DNA of 64,000 bases from Escherichia coli (GCF_001677475.2 NZ_CP015229.1), one strand, 5' to 3'. Positions 10,538 through 22,500 are shown, counted from the first letter of the stretch. Numbers and translations: made by a program. The notes: a model not told the origin generated them from the letters alone.

Positions 10538-11752
10538 ATGGAAAATCCCTATTACCCTACCGCACTTGGGTTGTATTTTAATTACCTGGTGCATGGTATG
10601 GGCGTCATTTTGATGAGCCTGAATATGGCCTCGCTGGAGACACTTTGGCAGACTAATGCCGCGGGTGTCTCGATAGTTATCTCATCGCTGGGCATTGGTC
10701 GATTAAGTGTCTTGCTTTTTGCAGGATTATTATCCGATCGCTTTGGTCGCCGCCCTTTTATCATGCTCGGGATGTGCTGCTATATGGCCTTCTTTTTTGG
10801 CATCCTGCAGACCAACAACATCATTATCGCTTATGTTTTTGGCTTTCTGGCGGGAATGGCAAACAGTTTTCTCGATGCAGGCACTTATCCCAGTTTGATG
10901 GAAGCTTTTCCACGCTCACCTGGGACAGCCAATATTTTAATTAAAGCATTTGTTTCCAGCGGACAATTTTTATTACCGCTAATCATTAGCCTGTTAGTGT
11001 GGGCTGAACTGTGGTTCGGTTGGTCCTTTATGATTGCTGCAGGCATTATGTTTATTAACGCTCTGTTTTTATACCGTTGTACGTTCCCACCCCATCCGGG
11101 TCGTCGCTTACCTGTCATAAAGAAAACCATCAGCTCTACGGAACATCGCTGTTCAATTATCGATTTAGCCAGTTATACCTTATATGGCTATATCTCAATG
11201 GCAACGTTTTATCTGGTTAGCCAGTGGCTGGCACAGTACGGACAATTTGTTGCAGGCATGTCATACACTATGTCGATCAAACTACTCAGTATCTACACCG
11301 TGGGTTCGCTGCTTTGTGTATTTATTACCGCTCCACTCATTCGTAATACCGTTCGCCCAACAACATTACTGATGCTGTACACCTTTATCTCATTTATTGC
11401 TCTGTTTACCGTCTGCCTGCATCCCACATTTTATGTGGTGATAATATTTGCTTTTGTCATTGGTTTTACCTCTGCTGGAGGTGTTGTGCAAATTGGCCTG
11501 ACGTTAATGGCTGAACGTTTCCCTTACGCTAAAGGTAAAGCTACAGGGATCTATTACAGTGCGGGCAGTATTGCGACCTTTACTATTCCGTTGATTACGG
11601 CTCATCTGTCCCAAAGAAGTATTGCCGATATTATGTGGTTCGATACCGCCATCGCTGCCATCGGCTTTTTACTGGCACTGTTTATCGGCTTACGCAGCCG
11701 CAAAGAAACGCAGCGTAACTCGCTAAAGGAAAATGTCGCTCCGGGTGGGTAA
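10538..11752 (+). CDS. ydiM: MFS transporter YdiM
   Basis: 404-aa 12-TM-like ORF; paralogous to next gene; synteny. Confidence 0.85.
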   Translation: MENPYYPTALGLYFNYLVHGMGVILMSLNMASLETLWQTNAAGVSIVISSLGIGRLSVLLFAGLLSDRFGRRPFIMLGMCCYMAFFFGILQTNNIIIAYVFGFLAGMANSFLDAGTYPSLMEAFPRSPGTANILIKAFVSSGQFLLPLIISLLVWAELWFGWSFMIAAGIMFINALFLYRCTFPPHPGRRLPVIKKTISSTEHRCSIIDLASYTLYGYISMATFYLVSQWLAQYGQFVAGMSYTMSIKLLSIYTVGSLLCVFITAPLIRNTVRPTTLLMLYTFISFIALFTVCLHPTFYVVIIFAFVIGFTSAGGVVQIGLTLMAERFPYAKGKATGIYYSAGSIATFTIPLITAHLSQRSIADIMWFDTAIAAIGFLLALFIGLRSRKETQRNSLKENVAPGG

Positions 11753-11978
11753 TGCAATATTCTTTTCAGGTCATGCAAAATCTTACGGATAAATAACTCT
11801 TTCTGCGCTAACTAAGGAAAATCGCGATCAAAAACAAACTATGACATGCAATATTCCTGGAAACATAAACTTTATGCCATGTACCCAGGGAAAATCATCT
11901 TCAGTATAGTAATTATGTAAACCGTCGGAGAACAATACGTACGGTAACGAAATTATCTTTCAGCAAGGAGCTGTGAAA

Positions 11979-13244
11979 ATGTCTCAACATAAGGCTTTCA
12001 GCACGCCATTTATCCTGGCTGTTCTTTGTATTTACTTCAGCTACTTCCTGCACGGCATTAGTGTTATTACGCTTGCCCAAAATATGTCATCTCTGGCGGA
12101 AAAGTTTTCCACTGACAACGCGGGCATTGCCTACTTAATTTCCGGTATCGGTTTGGGGCGATTGATCAGTATTTTATTCTTCGGTGTGATCTCCGATAAG
12201 TTTGGTCGTCGGGCGGTGATATTAATGGCAGTAATAATGTATCTGCTATTCTTCTTTGGTATTCCCGCTTGCCCGAATTTAACTCTCGCCTACGGTCTGG
12301 CAGTGTGCGTAGGTATCGCTAACTCAGCGCTGGATACGGGTGGCTACCCCGCGCTCATGGAATGCTTTCCGAAAGCCTCTGGTTCGGCGGTCATACTGGT
12401 TAAAGCGATGGTGTCATTCGGGCAAATGTTCTACCCAATGCTGGTGAGCTATATGTTGCTCAATAACATCTGGTACGGCTATGGGCTGATTATTCCGGGT
12501 ATTCTGTTTGTACTGATCACGCTGATGCTGTTGAAAAGCAAATTCCCCAGCCAGTTGGTGGACGCCAGCGTAGCTAATGAATTACCGCAAATGAACAGCA
12601 AACCATTAGTCTGGCTGGAAGGTGTTTCATCGGTACTGTTCGGTGTAGCCGCATTCTCGACCTTTTATGTGATTGTGGTGTGGATGCCCAAATATGCGAT
12701 GGCTTTTGCTGGTATGTCAGAAGCTGAAGCATTAAAAACCATCTCTTATTACAGTATGGGCTCGTTGGTCTGTGTCTTTATTTTTGCCGCACTACTGAAA
12801 AAAATGGTCCGGCCCATCTGGGCTAATGTATTTAACTCTGCACTGGCAACAATAACAGCAGCCATTATCTACCTGTACCCTTCTCCACTGGTGTGTAATG
12901 CCGGAGCCTTTGTTATCGGTTTCTCAGCAGCTGGCGGCATTTTACAGCTCGGCGTTTCGGTCATGTCAGAGTTTTTCCCCAAAAGCAAAGCCAAAGTCAC
13001 CAGTATTTATATGATGATGGGTGGACTGGCTAACTTTGTTATTCCGCTGATTACCGGTTATCTGTCGAACATCGGTCTGCAATATATCATTGCTCTCGAT
13101 TTTACTTTCGCGCTGCTGGCCCTGATTACCGCAATTATTGTCTTTATCCGCTATTACCGCGTTTTCATTATTCCTGAAAATGATGTGCGGTTTGGCGAGC
13201 GTAAATTTAGCACCCGGTTAAACACAATTAAGCATAGAGGTTAA
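11979..13244 (+). CDS. ydiN: MFS transporter YdiN
   Basis: ORF 11973..13244; hydrophobic multi-TM; upstream of ydiB-aroD; start at MSQHKAF. Confidence 0.85.
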   Translation: MSQHKAFSTPFILAVLCIYFSYFLHGISVITLAQNMSSLAEKFSTDNAGIAYLISGIGLGRLISILFFGVISDKFGRRAVILMAVIMYLLFFFGIPACPNLTLAYGLAVCVGIANSALDTGGYPALMECFPKASGSAVILVKAMVSFGQMFYPMLVSYMLLNNIWYGYGLIIPGILFVLITLMLLKSKFPSQLVDASVANELPQMNSKPLVWLEGVSSVLFGVAAFSTFYVIVVWMPKYAMAFAGMSEAEALKTISYYSMGSLVCVFIFAALLKKMVRPIWANVFNSALATITAAIIYLYPSPLVCNAGAFVIGFSAAGGILQLGVSVMSEFFPKSKAKVTSIYMMMGGLANFVIPLITGYLSNIGLQYIIALDFTFALLALITAIIVFIRYYRVFIIPENDVRFGERKFSTRLNTIKHRG

Positions 13245-13255
13245 AGGAGTTAATT

Positions 13256-14122
13256 ATGGATGTTACCGCAAAATACGAATTGATTGGGCTGATGGCCTAT
13301 CCTATCCGCCACAGTTTATCGCCTGAAATGCAGAATAAAGCCTTAGAAAAAGCGGGATTGCCATTTACCTATATGGCCTTCGAAGTGGATAACGATAGCT
13401 TTCCCGGAGCAATTGAAGGATTAAAAGCCTTAAAAATGCGCGGAACTGGTGTATCAATGCCAAACAAACAACTGGCGTGTGAATATGTTGATGAATTAAC
13501 GCCAGCTGCCAAACTGGTGGGTGCCATCAACACCATCGTTAATGATGATGGCTACCTGCGTGGTTATAACACCGACGGCACAGGCCATATTCGCGCCATT
13601 AAAGAGAGCGGTTTTGATATCAGAGGCAAAACGATGGTGCTGCTAGGTGCCGGTGGCGCCTCAACGGCGATTGGCGCGCAGGGGGCAATTGAAGGTTTAA
13701 AAGAAATTAAACTCTTTAACCGTCGGGATGAGTTCTTCGATAAAGCCCTCGCCTTCGCGCAGCGGGTTAACGAAAACACCGATTGCGTCGTCACGGTTAC
13801 CGATCTCGCCGATCAGCAAGCCTTTGCTGAAGCCCTGGCTTCCGCCGACATTTTAACCAATGGCACAAAAGTGGGTATGAAACCCCTTGAGAATGAATCA
13901 TTGGTTTATGATATCAGTCTGTTACATCCGGGACTGCTGGTCACTGAATGCGTGTATAACCCGCATATGACGAAGTTATTGCAGCAGGCGCAACAAGCTG
14001 GTTGCAAAACGATTGATGGATACGGCATGTTGTTGTGGCAAGGGGCTGAACAGTTCACGTTATGGACTGGCAAAGATTTCCCTCTGGAATATGTTAAACA
14101 GGTCATGGGGTTCGGTGCCTGA
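13256..14122 (+). CDS. ydiB: quinate/shikimate dehydrogenase
   Basis: 288-aa ORF; Rossmann glycine-rich motif LLGAGGAS; adjacent to aroD. Confidence 0.9.
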   Translation: MDVTAKYELIGLMAYPIRHSLSPEMQNKALEKAGLPFTYMAFEVDNDSFPGAIEGLKALKMRGTGVSMPNKQLACEYVDELTPAAKLVGAINTIVNDDGYLRGYNTDGTGHIRAIKESGFDIRGKTMVLLGAGGASTAIGAQGAIEGLKEIKLFNRRDEFFDKALAFAQRVNENTDCVVTVTDLADQQAFAEALASADILTNGTKVGMKPLENESLVYDISLLHPGLLVTECVYNPHMTKLLQQAQQAGCKTIDGYGMLLWQGAEQFTLWTGKDFPLEYVKQVMGFGA

Positions 14123-14152
14123 CAGGCTGACCGCGTGCAGAAAGGGTAAAAA

Positions 14153-14911
14153 ATGAAAACCGTAACTGTAAAAGATCTCGTCATTGGTGCGGGCGCACCT
14201 AAAATCATCGTCTCGCTGATGGCGAAAGATATCGCCCGCGTGAAATCCGAAGCTCTCGCCTATCGTGAAGTGGACTTTGATATTCTGGAATGGCGTGTGG
14301 ACCACTTTGCCGACCTCTCCAATGTGGAGTCTGTCATGGCGGCGGCAAAAATTCTACGTGAAACCATGCCAGAAAAACCGCTGCTGTTTACCTTCCGCAG
14401 TGCCAAAGAAGGCGGCGAGCAGGCGATTTCCACCGAGGCTTATATTGCTCTCAATCGTGCAGCCATCGACAGCGGCCTGGTTGATATGATCGATCTGGAG
14501 TTATTTACCGGCGATGATCAGGTTAAAGAAACCGTCGCCTACGCCCACGCGCATGATGTGAAAGTTGTCATGTCCAACCATGACTTCCATAAAACGCCGG
14601 AAGCCGAAGAAATCATTGCCCGTCTGCGCAAAATGCAGTCCTTCGACGCCGATATTCCTAAGATTGCGCTGATGCCGCAAAGTACCAGCGATGTGCTGAC
14701 GTTGCTTGCCGCGACCCTGGAGATGCAGGAGCAGTATGCCGATCGTCCAATCATCACGATGTCAATGGCAAAAACTGGCGTAATTTCTCGTCTGGCTGGT
14801 GAAGTATTTGGCTCGGCGGCAACTTTTGGTGCGGTAAAAAAAGCCTCTGCGCCAGGGCAAATCTCGGTAAATGATTTGCGCACAGTATTAACTATTTTAC
14901 ATCAGGCATAA
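14153..14911 (+). CDS. aroD: 3-dehydroquinate dehydratase type I
   Basis: 252-aa ORF; synteny with ydiB; size and sequence consistent with AroD. Confidence 0.9.
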   Translation: MKTVTVKDLVIGAGAPKIIVSLMAKDIARVKSEALAYREVDFDILEWRVDHFADLSNVESVMAAAKILRETMPEKPLLFTFRSAKEGGEQAISTEAYIALNRAAIDSGLVDMIDLELFTGDDQVKETVAYAHAHDVKVVMSNHDFHKTPEAEEIIARLRKMQSFDADIPKIALMPQSTSDVLTLLAATLEMQEQYADRPIITMSMAKTGVISRLAGEVFGSAATFGAVKKASAPGQISVNDLRTVLTILHQA

Positions 14912-15056
14912 GCAATAATATTTCGGCGGGAATATCCTCCCCCGCCGAACTAAAAAAAATATATTCAACCGTATTTAATAAAAATATTTCGTGAGTCTCT
15001 GTGCGCTAATTATCCATCTGGCGTAGGGAAAATCACACCTGAATCAGGAATTAACA

Positions 15057-16652
15057 ATGAAACCTGTAAAACCACCTCGTATTAATGGACGAGTGCCGGT
15101 CCTGTCGGCACAGGAAGCGGTGAATTATATTCCCGACGAAGCAACACTTTGTGTGTTAGGCGCTGGCGGCGGTATTCTGGAAGCCACCACGTTAATTACT
15201 GCTCTTGCTGATAAATATAAACAGACTCAAACGCCACGTAATTTATCGATTATTAGTCCAACAGGGCTTGGCGATCGCGCCGACCGTGGTATTAGTCCTC
15301 TGGCGCAAGAAGGTCTGGTGAAATGGGCATTATGTGGTCACTGGGGACAATCGCCGCGTATTTCTGAACTCGCAGAACAAAATAAAATTATTGCTTATAA
15401 CTACCCACAAGGTGTACTTACACAAACCTTACGCGCCGCCGCAGCCCACCAGCCTGGTATTATTAGTGATATTGGCATCGGGACATTTGTCGATCCACGC
15501 CAGCAAGGCGGCAAACTGAATGAAGTCACTAAAGAAGAGCTGATTAAACTGGTCGAGTTTGATAACAAAGAATATCTCTATTACAAAGCGATTGCGCCAG
15601 ATATCGCCTTCATTCGCGCTACCACCTGCGACAGTGAAGGCTACGCCACTTTTGAAGATGAGGTGATGTATCTCGACGCATTGGTTATTGCCCAGGCGGT
15701 GCACAATAACGGCGGTATTGTGATGATGCAGGTGCAGAAAATGGTTAAGAAAGCCACGCTGCATCCTAAATCTGTCCGTATTCCGGGTTATCTGGTGGAT
15801 ATTGTGGTGGTCGATCCGGATCAAAGCCAACTGTATGGCGGTGCGCCGGTTAACCGCTTTATTTCTGGTGACTTCACCCTTGATGACAGCACCAAACTTA
15901 GCCTGCCCCTAAACCAACGTAAATTAGTTGCGCGGCGTGCATTATTCGAAATGCGTAAAGGCGCGGTGGGGAATGTCGGCGTCGGTATTGCTGACGGCAT
16001 TGGCCTGGTCGCCCGGGAAGAAGGTTGTGCTGATGACTTTATTCTGACGGTAGAAACAGGTCCGATTGGCGGAATTACTTCACAGGGTATCGCCTTTGGC
16101 GCGAACGTGAATACCCGCGCCATTCTGGATATGACGTCCCAGTTTGATTTTTATCACGGTGGTGGTCTGGATGTTTGTTATTTGAGTTTTGCTGAAGTCG
16201 ACCAACACGGTAACGTCGGCGTGCATAAATTCAATGGAAAAATCATGGGTACCGGTGGATTTATTGATATCAGTGCCACCTCGAAGAAAATTATTTTCTG
16301 CGGCACGTTAACTGCGGGCAGTTTAAAAACAGAAATTGCCGATGGCAAATTGCATATCGTCCAGGAAGGACGGGTAAATAAATTTATTCGGGAACTACCG
16401 GAAATTACTTTTAGCGGAAAAATCGCTCTCGAGCGAGGGCTAGATGTTCGTTATATCACTGAGCGCGCAGTATTCACGCTGAAAGAAGACGGACTGCATT
16501 TAATCGAAATCGCTCCAGGCGTCGATTTACAAAAAGATATTCTCGACAAAATGGATTTCACCCCAGTGATTTCGCCAGAACTCAAACTGATGGACGAAAG
16601 ATTATTTATCGATGCGGCGATGGGTTTTGTCCTGCCTGAAGCGGCTCATTAA
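15057..16652 (+). CDS. ydiF: acyl-CoA:acetate CoA-transferase (fused alpha/beta)
   Basis: 531-aa ORF; CoA-transferase family features; synteny. Confidence 0.85.
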   Translation: MKPVKPPRINGRVPVLSAQEAVNYIPDEATLCVLGAGGGILEATTLITALADKYKQTQTPRNLSIISPTGLGDRADRGISPLAQEGLVKWALCGHWGQSPRISELAEQNKIIAYNYPQGVLTQTLRAAAAHQPGIISDIGIGTFVDPRQQGGKLNEVTKEELIKLVEFDNKEYLYYKAIAPDIAFIRATTCDSEGYATFEDEVMYLDALVIAQAVHNNGGIVMMQVQKMVKKATLHPKSVRIPGYLVDIVVVDPDQSQLYGGAPVNRFISGDFTLDDSTKLSLPLNQRKLVARRALFEMRKGAVGNVGVGIADGIGLVAREEGCADDFILTVETGPIGGITSQGIAFGANVNTRAILDMTSQFDFYHGGGLDVCYLSFAEVDQHGNVGVHKFNGKIMGTGGFIDISATSKKIIFCGTLTAGSLKTEIADGKLHIVQEGRVNKFIRELPEITFSGKIALERGLDVRYITERAVFTLKEDGLHLIEIAPGVDLQKDILDKMDFTPVISPELKLMDERLFIDAAMGFVLPEAAH

Positions 16653-16665
16653 CAGGAGTATAATG

Positions 16666-17817
16666 ATGGATTTTTCTTTAACTGAAGAACAAGAACTGCT
16701 GCTGGCCAGTATTCGCGAACTGATTACGACTAACTTTCCGGAAGAGTATTTCCGCACCTGCGATCAAAACGGGACATATCCGCGTGAGTTTATGCGGGCA
16801 CTGGCGGATAACGGTATTTCCATGCTTGGCGTGCCGGAAGAGTTCGGCGGCATCCCTGCGGATTACGTCACCCAGATGCTGGCGCTGATGGAAGTGTCAA
16901 AATGCGGTGCTCCGGCATTTTTGATTACCAATGGTCAATGTATTCACAGTATGCGCCGTTTCGGTTCTGCAGAGCAGCTACGTAAAACGGCAGAAAGCAC
17001 CCTGGAAACCGGCGACCCCGCCTATGCCCTGGCGTTGACGGAACCAGGTGCTGGCTCAGATAACAACAGCGCCACCACCACTTACACGCGTAAAAACGGC
17101 AAGGTTTACATCAACGGACAGAAAACCTTTATTACCGGTGCGAAAGAGTACCCGTATATGCTGGTGCTGGCGCGCGATCCTGAACCGAAAGATCCGAAAA
17201 AGGCCTTCACCCTGTGGTGGGTCGACTCCAGTAAGCCCGGCATTAAGATTAACCCGCTGCATAAAATCGGCTGGCATATGCTCAGCACCTGCGAAGTCTA
17301 TCTCGACAACGTAGAGGTTGAAGAGAGCGACATGGTGGGCGAAGAAGGAATGGGTTTCCTCAATGTGATGTACAACTTTGAGATGGAGCGCCTGATCAAC
17401 GCCGCGCGCAGCACCGGCTTTGCCGAATGCGCATTCGAAGATGCCGCCCGCTATGCCAACCAGCGTATCGCTTTTGGTAAACCTATTGGGCATAACCAGA
17501 TGATCCAGGAAAAACTGGCGCTGATGGCGATTAAGATCGACAACATGCGCAACATGGTGCTGAAAGTGGCATGGCAAGCCGATCAGCATCAGTCACTGCG
17601 CACCAGCGCGGCGCTGGCAAAACTGTACTGCGCACGTACCGCAATGGAAGTTATTGATGATGCGATTCAAATCATGGGCGGTCTGGGCTATACCGATGAG
17701 GCGCGCGTCTCTCGCTTCTGGCGTGATGTCCGTTGTGAACGTATCGGCGGCGGTACAGACGAAATCATGATTTACGTAGCGGGTCGGCAGATCCTGAAAG
17801 ATTATCAGAACAAATAA
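16666..17817 (+). CDS. ydiO: acyl-CoA dehydrogenase family protein
   Basis: ORF 16612..17817; start set at MDFSLTEEQ; acyl-CoA dehydrogenase-like C-terminus; synteny. Confidence 0.85.
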   Translation: MDFSLTEEQELLLASIRELITTNFPEEYFRTCDQNGTYPREFMRALADNGISMLGVPEEFGGIPADYVTQMLALMEVSKCGAPAFLITNGQCIHSMRRFGSAEQLRKTAESTLETGDPAYALALTEPGAGSDNNSATTTYTRKNGKVYINGQKTFITGAKEYPYMLVLARDPEPKDPKKAFTLWWVDSSKPGIKINPLHKIGWHMLSTCEVYLDNVEVEESDMVGEEGMGFLNVMYNFEMERLINAARSTGFAECAFEDAARYANQRIAFGKPIGHNQMIQEKLALMAIKIDNMRNMVLKVAWQADQHQSLRTSAALAKLYCARTAMEVIDDAIQIMGGLGYTDEARVSRFWRDVRCERIGGGTDEIMIYVAGRQILKDYQNK

Positions 17818-17859
17818 TCTGCAGGCGGCGCAGCTTCTTAACAAACTGCGCCGCCAGAT

Positions 17860-18771
17860 TTATCCGGCAAGACTTACCGGTTGAGGAAATTCAGATAAGA
17901 TTTCTTGTTCCGCAAAACAGTTTTTAAATTGCCTGCGGTAATCGCTGGGCGAACAGCCGACATGGCGCAAAAACAGTTTGGCAAAGTGATCAACATTTTC
18001 ATAACCCACACGCCAGGAGATCTCTGCCTGTGATAATTCAGTATTAGTGAGTGACCATTTCGCTTCCGTCATACGCCGTTGAATAACATAGTTAATAGGG
18101 GAAATACGATACTCTTTGGTAAATTCATGGCAAATATAACTGACGCTGGCACGAAACTTTTTCGATAACTGCTCTAAAGTGATTTTTTCGCGATAGTTAT
18201 TATTCAGATAGAAAAGAATATCTTTTATCAGAACATCTTTTTTAATATATCCCTGCTCCGAACGATAAGCATTTTTAAAGTTTTCGTAGTAAAGAATTGC
18301 TAACGTATAGGCAAAGGCGTCCCATAACGAAGATGTTTGGCTATTTTTACTTTGCGGCAAAATCACACTTAGCTCATTAAATAAGGTTTTAATGACTTCT
18401 TTTCCCTGCCCTGCGGCAATTACCGGGCAAGAATGCGGTTGCAGTAGCTGATTTTCCTCAGCCCCCTGAAACTGAAAGCCGTACAGCGCACAGGTACACG
18501 TCGTTGCTGGATCGTTAACGTCAGAGGCCACCGCATGCAGCCTGCCACGTTCTATCACCACAATGTCATCGGCGTGCGCGACATATAACGAAGAATCGAT
18601 GGTAAACCTTGCTACCCCTTTCTTGACGTAAATCAACTCGGTTTCATTGTCATGAACGTGATGTCCGGACTCCCATTTTGGATCATCGCTAAATGCAAAA
18701 CGTGAAAGCCGTGGCGTTTTACCGGCGACAAACAGCGTTTCGCTGGCGTTATCAAAACAGCGTTGATACAT
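17860..18771 (-). CDS. ydiP: AraC-family transcriptional regulator
   Basis: 303-aa ORF; C-terminal AraC-type HTH; divergent from ydiQRST. Confidence 0.85.
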   Translation of the reverse strand: MYQRCFDNASETLFVAGKTPRLSRFAFSDDPKWESGHHVHDNETELIYVKKGVARFTIDSSLYVAHADDIVVIERGRLHAVASDVNDPATTCTCALYGFQFQGAEENQLLQPHSCPVIAAGQGKEVIKTLFNELSVILPQSKNSQTSSLWDAFAYTLAILYYENFKNAYRSEQGYIKKDVLIKDILFYLNNNYREKITLEQLSKKFRASVSYICHEFTKEYRISPINYVIQRRMTEAKWSLTNTELSQAEISWRVGYENVDHFAKLFLRHVGCSPSDYRRQFKNCFAEQEILSEFPQPVSLAG

Positions 18772-19086
18772 GACAACCTCCCTATTCCATGAGCAAGCAA
18801 AAACAATATATGCCGGATAAAATACGGCGTGTATTGCGGTTATACAACCGCGTTTAGCGAGAGCTAAACAAGATTATTTACACTGAATGCAAGATTGTAC
18901 GGTCATGGAATAACAACATTGCCGCAAATTGCACTTTTGTTTTAGCGATCGCATTTTTTTTGCAAGATTGTTGGCAAGGAAAACAGCTTGCTCCGTCGAA
19001 AACCCCGCACCGCTATCGCACACTATTTTCAGGCCATATTTACCTTCCATCGGAGATGGTTCCGTATGCGACTCACAGGAGAAATC

Positions 19087-19851
19087 ATGAAAATAATAAC
19101 CTGCTTTAAGCTGGTGCCTGAAGAACAGGACATTGTTGTCACTCCAGAATATACCCTGAATTTCGACAATGCCGACGCCAAAATCAGCCAGTTCGATCTC
19201 AATGCCATTGAAGCTGCAAGCCAGCTTGCATCAGATGACGATGAGATAGCCGCGCTGACCATTGGTGGCTCATTGTTGCAGAACTCGAAAGTGCGAAAAG
19301 ACGTGCTATCCCGCGGGCCGCACAGCCTGTATTTGGTGCAGGATGCGCAACTTGAACATGCACTGCCTCTCGATACCGCAAAGGCGCTGGCGGCAGCAGT
19401 TGAAAAGATCGGCTTCGATTTACTGATCTTTGGTGAAGGTTCCGGCGACCTTTATGCCCAGCAGGTTGGCTTGCTGGTCGGAGAAATTCTGCAACTTCCG
19501 GTGATTAATGCAGTGAGTGCTATTCAGCGTCAGGGCAATACACTGGTGATTGAACGCACGCTTGAAGATGATGTTGAAGTTATTGAACTCTCTGTTCCAG
19601 CCGTGCTCTGCGTCACCTCCGATATTAACGTGCCACGCATTCCTTCGATGAAAGCCATTCTTGGCGCGGGTAAAAAACCGGTAAATCAGTGGCAGGCAAG
19701 TGATATTGGCTGGAGCCAGAGCGCACCACTTGCTGAACTGACCGGCATTCGCGTACCGCCGCAAACAGAACGTAAGCACATCATTCTCGATAACAATTCG
19801 CCGGAGGCCATTGCCGAGCTGGCGGAACATCTGAAGAAAGCCCTGAACTGA
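19087..19851 (+). CDS. ydiQ: electron-transfer flavoprotein beta-subunit-like protein
   Basis: ORF 18988..19851; start set at MKIITCFKLVPEEQD with RBS AGGAG upstream; ETF-beta-like; synteny. Confidence 0.85.
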   Translation: MKIITCFKLVPEEQDIVVTPEYTLNFDNADAKISQFDLNAIEAASQLASDDDEIAALTIGGSLLQNSKVRKDVLSRGPHSLYLVQDAQLEHALPLDTAKALAAAVEKIGFDLLIFGEGSGDLYAQQVGLLVGEILQLPVINAVSAIQRQGNTLVIERTLEDDVEVIELSVPAVLCVTSDINVPRIPSMKAILGAGKKPVNQWQASDIGWSQSAPLAELTGIRVPPQTERKHIILDNNSPEAIAELAEHLKKALN

Positions 19852-19870
19852 AGCCTACGGAGAAGAAACG

Positions 19871-20809
19871 ATGAGTCAATTAAACAGCGTCTGGGTCTTT
19901 AGCGATAATCCTGAACGTTATGCTGAACTATTTGGCGGCGCGCAGCAATGGGGCCAACAGGTGTATGCCATTGTACAAAATACCGACCAGGCGCAGGCAG
20001 TTATGCCTTATGGGCCAAAATGTATTTATGTTCTTGCGCAAAACGACGCACTGCAACGTACTGAAAATTACGCCGAAAGCATTGCTGCCCTGCTGAAAGA
20101 TAAACCCCCCGCTATGTTGCTGCTGGCCGCGACGAAACGTGGTAAAGCGCTGGCAGCACGGTTAAGTGTGCAACTGAATGCGGCGCTGGTGAACGATGCC
20201 ACGGCAGTGGATATTGTCGATGGTCACATTTGCGCCGAACACCGGATGTATGGCGGGTTAGCGTTCGCTCAGGAAAAGATCAACAGCCCGCTGGCGATCA
20301 TTACCCTTGCACCCGGTGTTCAGGAACCGTGCACCAGTGATACCTCTCATCAGTGCCCGACAGAAACGGTACCTTATGTTGCTCCGCGTCATGAAATTCT
20401 CTGTCGCGAACGCCGTGCGAAAGCCGCAAGCAGCGTGGACCTGAGCAAAGCAAAACGTGTGGTTGGCGTCGGTCGTGGTCTGGCGGCGCAGGATGACCTG
20501 AAAATGGTCCACGAACTGGCGGCGGTGCTGAATGCTGAAGTCGGCTGTTCACGTCCAATTGCCGAAGGCGAGAACTGGATGGAGCGTGAACGTTATATCG
20601 GTGTCTCCGGCGTGTTGCTGAAATCCGATCTCTACCTGACGCTGGGGATCTCCGGGCAGATCCAGCATATGGTTGGCGGCAACGGCGCAAAAGTGATTGT
20701 CGCCATCAATAAAGATAAAAATGCGCCAATCTTCAATTATGCCGACTACGGTCTGGTGGGCGATATCTACAAAGTCGTCCCTGCCCTGATTAGCCAGTTG
20801 AGCCGCTAA
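19871..20809 (+). CDS. ydiR: electron-transfer flavoprotein alpha-subunit-like protein
   Basis: 312-aa ORF; ETF-alpha-like; synteny. Confidence 0.85.
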   Translation: MSQLNSVWVFSDNPERYAELFGGAQQWGQQVYAIVQNTDQAQAVMPYGPKCIYVLAQNDALQRTENYAESIAALLKDKPPAMLLLAATKRGKALAARLSVQLNAALVNDATAVDIVDGHICAEHRMYGGLAFAQEKINSPLAIITLAPGVQEPCTSDTSHQCPTETVPYVAPRHEILCRERRAKAASSVDLSKAKRVVGVGRGLAAQDDLKMVHELAAVLNAEVGCSRPIAEGENWMERERYIGVSGVLLKSDLYLTLGISGQIQHMVGGNGAKVIVAINKDKNAPIFNYADYGLVGDIYKVVPALISQLSR

Positions 20810-20864
20810 TTCCCCTTTCAACCACATCTCCCGCTGTAAACGCAGCGGGAAGGGAGCATAACGG

Positions 20865-22154
20865 ATGTCGGATGACAAATTTGATGCCATTGTGGTCGGT
20901 GCGGGCGTTGCTGGTAGCGTTGCCGCACTGGTCATGGCGCGAGCCGGGCTGGATGTCCTGGTGATAGAACGCGGCGACAGTGCCGGATGTAAAAACATGA
21001 CCGGCGGGCGTCTTTATGCCCACACACTTGAAGCAATCATTCCAGGCTTTGCAGTATCAGCGCCGGTAGAACGCAAGGTCACACGCGAGAAAATCTCCTT
21101 CTTAACCGAAGAAAGCGCCGTTACCCTCGATTTTCACCGCGAGCAACCAGATGTTCCGCAACACGCGTCTTATACCGTATTGCGTAATCGTCTGGACCCG
21201 TGGTTGATGGAACAAGCCGAGCAGGCGGGCGCGCAGTTTATCCCGGGCGTACGCGTCGATGCGCTGGTTCGTGAAGGAAACAAGGTCACTGGCGTCCAGG
21301 CTGGGGATGATATTCTCGAAGCGAATGTGGTGATTCTGGCTGATGGCGTTAACTCGATGCTTGGCCGCTCGCTGGGAATGGTTCCCGCTTCCGATCCGCA
21401 TCATTACGCTGTTGGTGTTAAAGAGGTTATTGGCCTGACACCAGAACAGATCAACGATCGCTTTAATATTACGGGCGAGGAAGGTGCCGCCTGGCTGTTT
21501 GCCGGTTCCCCTTCTGACGGCCTGATGGGTGGCGGATTCCTCTATACCAACAACGATTCCGTATCGTTGGGGCTGGTTTGTGGATTGGGTGATATCGCCC
21601 ATGCGCAAAAAAGCGTGCCGCAAATGCTGGAAGATTTTAAACAACACCCCGCCATTCGCCCGCTGATTAGCGGCGGCAAGTTGCTTGAATATTCCGCGCA
21701 TATGGTGCCAGAAGGCGGTCTGGCAATGGTGCCGCAGCTGGTTAACGATGGCGTGATGATCGTCGGTGACGCCGCAGGCTTCTGCCTGAATTTGGGTTTT
21801 ACGGTCCGCGGCATGGATTTAGCCATTGCATCGGCTCAGGCTGCCGCCACAACGGTGATCGCCGCCAAAGAACGCGCGGATTTCTCCGCCAGCAGTCTTG
21901 CGCAATACAAACGTGAGCTGAAACAAAGCTGCGTCATGCGTGATATGCAGCATTTTCGCAAGATCCCGGCGCTGATGGAAAACCCGCGCCTGTTTAGCCA
22001 ATACCCACGAATGGTAGCCGACATCATGAACGAGATGTTCACCATTGACGGCAAACCAAACCAGCCGGTACGCAAAATGATCATGGGACATGCGAAGAAA
22101 ATTGGGCTGATCAACTTGCTGAAAGATGGCATTAAGGGAGCAACCGCGCTATGA
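20865..22154 (+). CDS. ydiS: FAD-dependent oxidoreductase (ETF-QO-like)
   Basis: 429-aa ORF; N-terminal dinucleotide-binding motif VVGAGVAGSVAA; synteny. Confidence 0.85.
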   Translation: MSDDKFDAIVVGAGVAGSVAALVMARAGLDVLVIERGDSAGCKNMTGGRLYAHTLEAIIPGFAVSAPVERKVTREKISFLTEESAVTLDFHREQPDVPQHASYTVLRNRLDPWLMEQAEQAGAQFIPGVRVDALVREGNKVTGVQAGDDILEANVVILADGVNSMLGRSLGMVPASDPHHYAVGVKEVIGLTPEQINDRFNITGEEGAAWLFAGSPSDGLMGGGFLYTNNDSVSLGLVCGLGDIAHAQKSVPQMLEDFKQHPAIRPLISGGKLLEYSAHMVPEGGLAMVPQLVNDGVMIVGDAAGFCLNLGFTVRGMDLAIASAQAAATTVIAAKERADFSASSLAQYKRELKQSCVMRDMQHFRKIPALMENPRLFSQYPRMVADIMNEMFTIDGKPNQPVRKMIMGHAKKIGLINLLKDGIKGATAL

Positions 22155-22444
22155 GCCAGAACGCTACGGTTAACGTCGACATCAAATTAGGCGTCAATAA
22201 ATTCCATGTTGATGAGGGCCACCCGCATATCATTTTGGCGGCAAATCCCGATATCAATGAATTCCGTAAATTAATGAAAGCCTGCCCGGCCGGACTTTAT
22301 AAGCAGGATGATGCCGGCAACATTCATTTTGATTCTGCCGGTTGTCTGGAGTGCGGCACCTGTCGGGTGCTGTGCGGTAACACTATTCTCGAACAGTGGC
22401 AATATCCCGCAGGCACCTTCGGTATTGATTTTCGCTACGGCTAA
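22151..22444 (+). CDS. ydiT: ferredoxin-like protein
   Basis: 97-aa ORF with Cys cluster (CLECGTCRVLC); overlaps ydiS stop. Confidence 0.8.
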   Translation: MSQNATVNVDIKLGVNKFHVDEGHPHIILAANPDINEFRKLMKACPAGLYKQDDAGNIHFDSAGCLECGTCRVLCGNTILEQWQYPAGTFGIDFRYG

Positions 22445-22500
22445 TCATGCATCCCACAGGCCCGCATCTCGGGCCTGATGTTCTGTTTCAAGAGTCCAAA

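Noticed and set aside
14920-14960. Hairpin CGGCGGG...CCCGCCG after aroD
   Set aside because: Followed by an A run rather than a T run on the plus strand; orientation does not fit a terminator for aroD, so left unannotated.
20258-21023. Minus-strand ORFs of 84-149 aa overlapping ydiR/ydiS
   Set aside because: Antisense to well-supported ETF-like genes; Arg/Pro/His-rich translations.
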